Of a DNA stretch of 64,000 nt, positions 62,038 to 64,000 are shown piece by piece. The stretch covers positions 416,001 to 480,000 of the forward strand of contig CAWDVW010000002.1 in assembly GCA_963805855.1 (NCBI GenBank), in the 5' to 3' direction. Below the pieces are notes generated by a model. The model did no database searches, was not told where the DNA came from, and was given only the letters and a program-made list of their open reading frames with translations. Source of the stretch: Candidatus Dadabacteria bacterium. GTDB lineage: Bacteria; Desulfobacterota_D; UBA1144; Nemesobacterales; CSP1-2. The stretch's first letter is position 1. Every line of letters starts with the position of its first letter. Made by a program: the position numbers and the translations under genes.

Positions 62038-62386
62038 TGTAGATGTCAGATAGTTCGTGGACAAAATCCAAAAAGTAATAAATTCCCCGGAAATTTACTT
62101 TTCCGTCATCCTAGAATGTTTCTATCGGGGATCCATTGTTTAATCTTTTATTTTCTTTGTCTTGATACAAAGAAACAAAAATCAAGGGCTTACAAAAAAC
62201 GCTTGCGTATCGAGCAAGTGCGAGATATCTATTTCTATTGTTGATTAGTTCTCTCAGTCACTCTGTTCCCTCGAGATGACGTTAATGATTGTCACTTTTT
62301 TTAACGCTTCCGGAATTGATTTTGGAAATTTTTTGAATGCCCATTTAAGAACTAAAATACTGTCCCCGAATGACTTGACATCTACA
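62038..62386. mobile_element. MITE-like non-autonomous element, copy 2
   Basis: TIR TGTAGATGTCAGATAGTTCGTGGACA / TGTCCCCGAATGACTTGACATCTACA; homologous to 27304-27618. Confidence 0.75.
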
Positions 62387-62455
62387 ATGCGAGTGCTGTC
62401 TAAGTGACCACATGTTGTTTTATGGGTTACGGATAAATCATGCCGCAGTAGAGAT

Positions 62456-63886
62456 TTAGTTCTCTGATAGAATTCTCTTTAAGGTTTCATTAACGATTTT
62501 TGGATTCGCTTTACCCTGCGTTGCCTTCATAACCTGACCAACGAAAAAGCCTAGCAGCTTATCCTCACCAGCATTATACCTGGCTACTTGGTCGGGATTT
62601 TTTTCTATAATATCCTTTATCAACTTCTCAATTTCACCCAGATCGGAAATTTGCTTTATCCCCTTCTCGCTTATTATCTCATTTGCTCCCTTTCCATGTA
62701 TGACCATTTCACCAAAAACCTCCTTTGCAATCTTTCCGCTTATCGTTCCATCTTCAATAAGATCCAATAAGTCACAAAGCATCTTCGGCGAGACTTTAAA
62801 AGACTTAATCTCATCCTCAGACTTTAATTCCCTTAGGACCTCGGTCATGATCCAGTTACTTACTAACTTTGGTTTGTCACAATACATCAAGCATTCCTCA
62901 AAATAGTCCGCAACGTCTCTCGATGCAGTTAAAACCCCTGCATCATATTGTGGAATTTCGAAGTGCTCAACATATCTTTCAAACCTCTGATCCGGCAGTT
63001 CTGGAAGGGATTTCTTAATTTGTTCAACCCACTCCCTGTCTACGGTCACAGGAAGAAGGTCAGGGTCAGGAAAATACCTGTAATCATGCGCTTCCTCCTT
63101 CGACCTCATTGAAAAGGTTAAATTACGATTTGAATCAAACAGTCTTGTCTCCTGGAGAACCGGCTTTCCGTTTTCCAAAAGCATTATCTGCCTTTTTATT
63201 TCATACTCGAGTGCCTTATATATAAACTTAAAGGAATTTACATTCTTAATCTCGGTTTTCGTCCCCAACTCTTCAACACCCGTGCGCCGAACGGAAACAT
63301 TTGCATCACATCTCAGGCTCCCCTCCTCCATATTTCCGTCACACACGCCAATATACATCAATATGGACCGAAGCTTTTTCATATATGCTACAGCTTCATC
63401 GAGCGTACTTATATCAGGTTCACTCACAATTTCTATGAGAGGAACACCGGCACGGTTGAGATCCACGTAGCTCATGCTTTCAGAATTCTCGTGAACCAGC
63501 TTTCCAGCATCCTCTTCGAGATGAATTCTCGTTATTCCGATCCTTTTTTTCGAACCGTTGGTTTCGATCTCAAGCCAGCCCCTTTCGGAAAGGGGCTCTT
63601 CGTATTGAGAAATTTGATACCCTTTAGGCAGATCTGGATAGAAATAGTTCTTACGGGCGAATCTAGATTTATCCGACACCTCACAGTTCGCGGCGACTGC
63701 CGCACGAACGGCATATTCGAGAGCCTTCTCGTTTAGAACGGGAAGAACTCCTGGCATCCCGAGGCATATCGGGCACACCTGAGAATTAGGTTTCGCGCCA
63801 AATTTTGTCGAACAAGCACAGAATATCTTAGTCTCCGTTAATAACTGTGCATGAACTTCCAGTCCAATTACAGGTTCGTATTCCAT
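62456..63886 (-). CDS. gatB: Asp-tRNA(Asn)/Glu-tRNA(Gln) amidotransferase subunit B
   Basis: IGLEVHAQL, RKNYFYPDLPKGYQISQ, HLEEDAGK, RCDANVS, RSKEEAHDYRYFPDPDL, GQVMK..GKANP. Confidence 0.98.
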   Translation of the reverse strand: MEYEPVIGLEVHAQLLTETKIFCACSTKFGAKPNSQVCPICLGMPGVLPVLNEKALEYAVRAAVAANCEVSDKSRFARKNYFYPDLPKGYQISQYEEPLSERGWLEIETNGSKKRIGITRIHLEEDAGKLVHENSESMSYVDLNRAGVPLIEIVSEPDISTLDEAVAYMKKLRSILMYIGVCDGNMEEGSLRCDANVSVRRTGVEELGTKTEIKNVNSFKFIYKALEYEIKRQIMLLENGKPVLQETRLFDSNRNLTFSMRSKEEAHDYRYFPDPDLLPVTVDREWVEQIKKSLPELPDQRFERYVEHFEIPQYDAGVLTASRDVADYFEECLMYCDKPKLVSNWIMTEVLRELKSEDEIKSFKVSPKMLCDLLDLIEDGTISGKIAKEVFGEMVIHGKGANEIISEKGIKQISDLGEIEKLIKDIIEKNPDQVARYNAGEDKLLGFFVGQVMKATQGKANPKIVNETLKRILSEN

Positions 63887-64000
63887 TTTCTATCTCATAG
63901 ATACGTTAATCAATTAATGTGATTTATCAAAAGAAGGTTGTCAAGGAAATAGATATTCTGCCGGGCAATAAGAAGATCCCCATGTCTTGATACTTCCTAC

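Overview
Bacterial chromosomal window with moderate-to-low GC and AT-rich intergenic DNA. The gene set loosely suggests Desulfobacterota/'Ca. Dadabacteria', but that is an unverified inference. 1-11.7 kb holds the downstream part of an atypical Nit1C / MSMEG_0565-0572-type cluster: MSMEG_0568-family radical SAM and MSMEG_0565-family glycosyltransferase. It is interleaved with a CoA-disulfide-reductase-like flavoprotein, a DUF2877 (YlbF/AllH-like) protein, OsmC, a mini-FdrA, a ferritin-like protein, a YnbC-type methyltransferase, a fold-type-I PLP enzyme with His in place of the Schiff-base Lys, and a LysA-like decarboxylase. This is the best candidate for an undescribed biosynthetic system. 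The rest mixes housekeeping genes (aat, lhr, priA, bioB/A/F, lsrF, thiC, tsaD, carA, gatB) with accessory genes. Also seen: an mtnN pseudogene with two in-frame stops; a frameshifted di-heme (DHOR) gene; a probable ATT/ATA start for bioB; a divergent HTH/Zn-finger switch with a perfect palindrome; a secreted 10-Cys peptide; two copies of a 315-349 bp MITE with 26-bp TIRs; many REP-like palindromes, several carrying a nested ~25-nt module; and heptamer arrays. No rRNA, tRNA, CRISPR array or intact transposase was recognised. All family assignments come from motif recognition by eye, not database searches.
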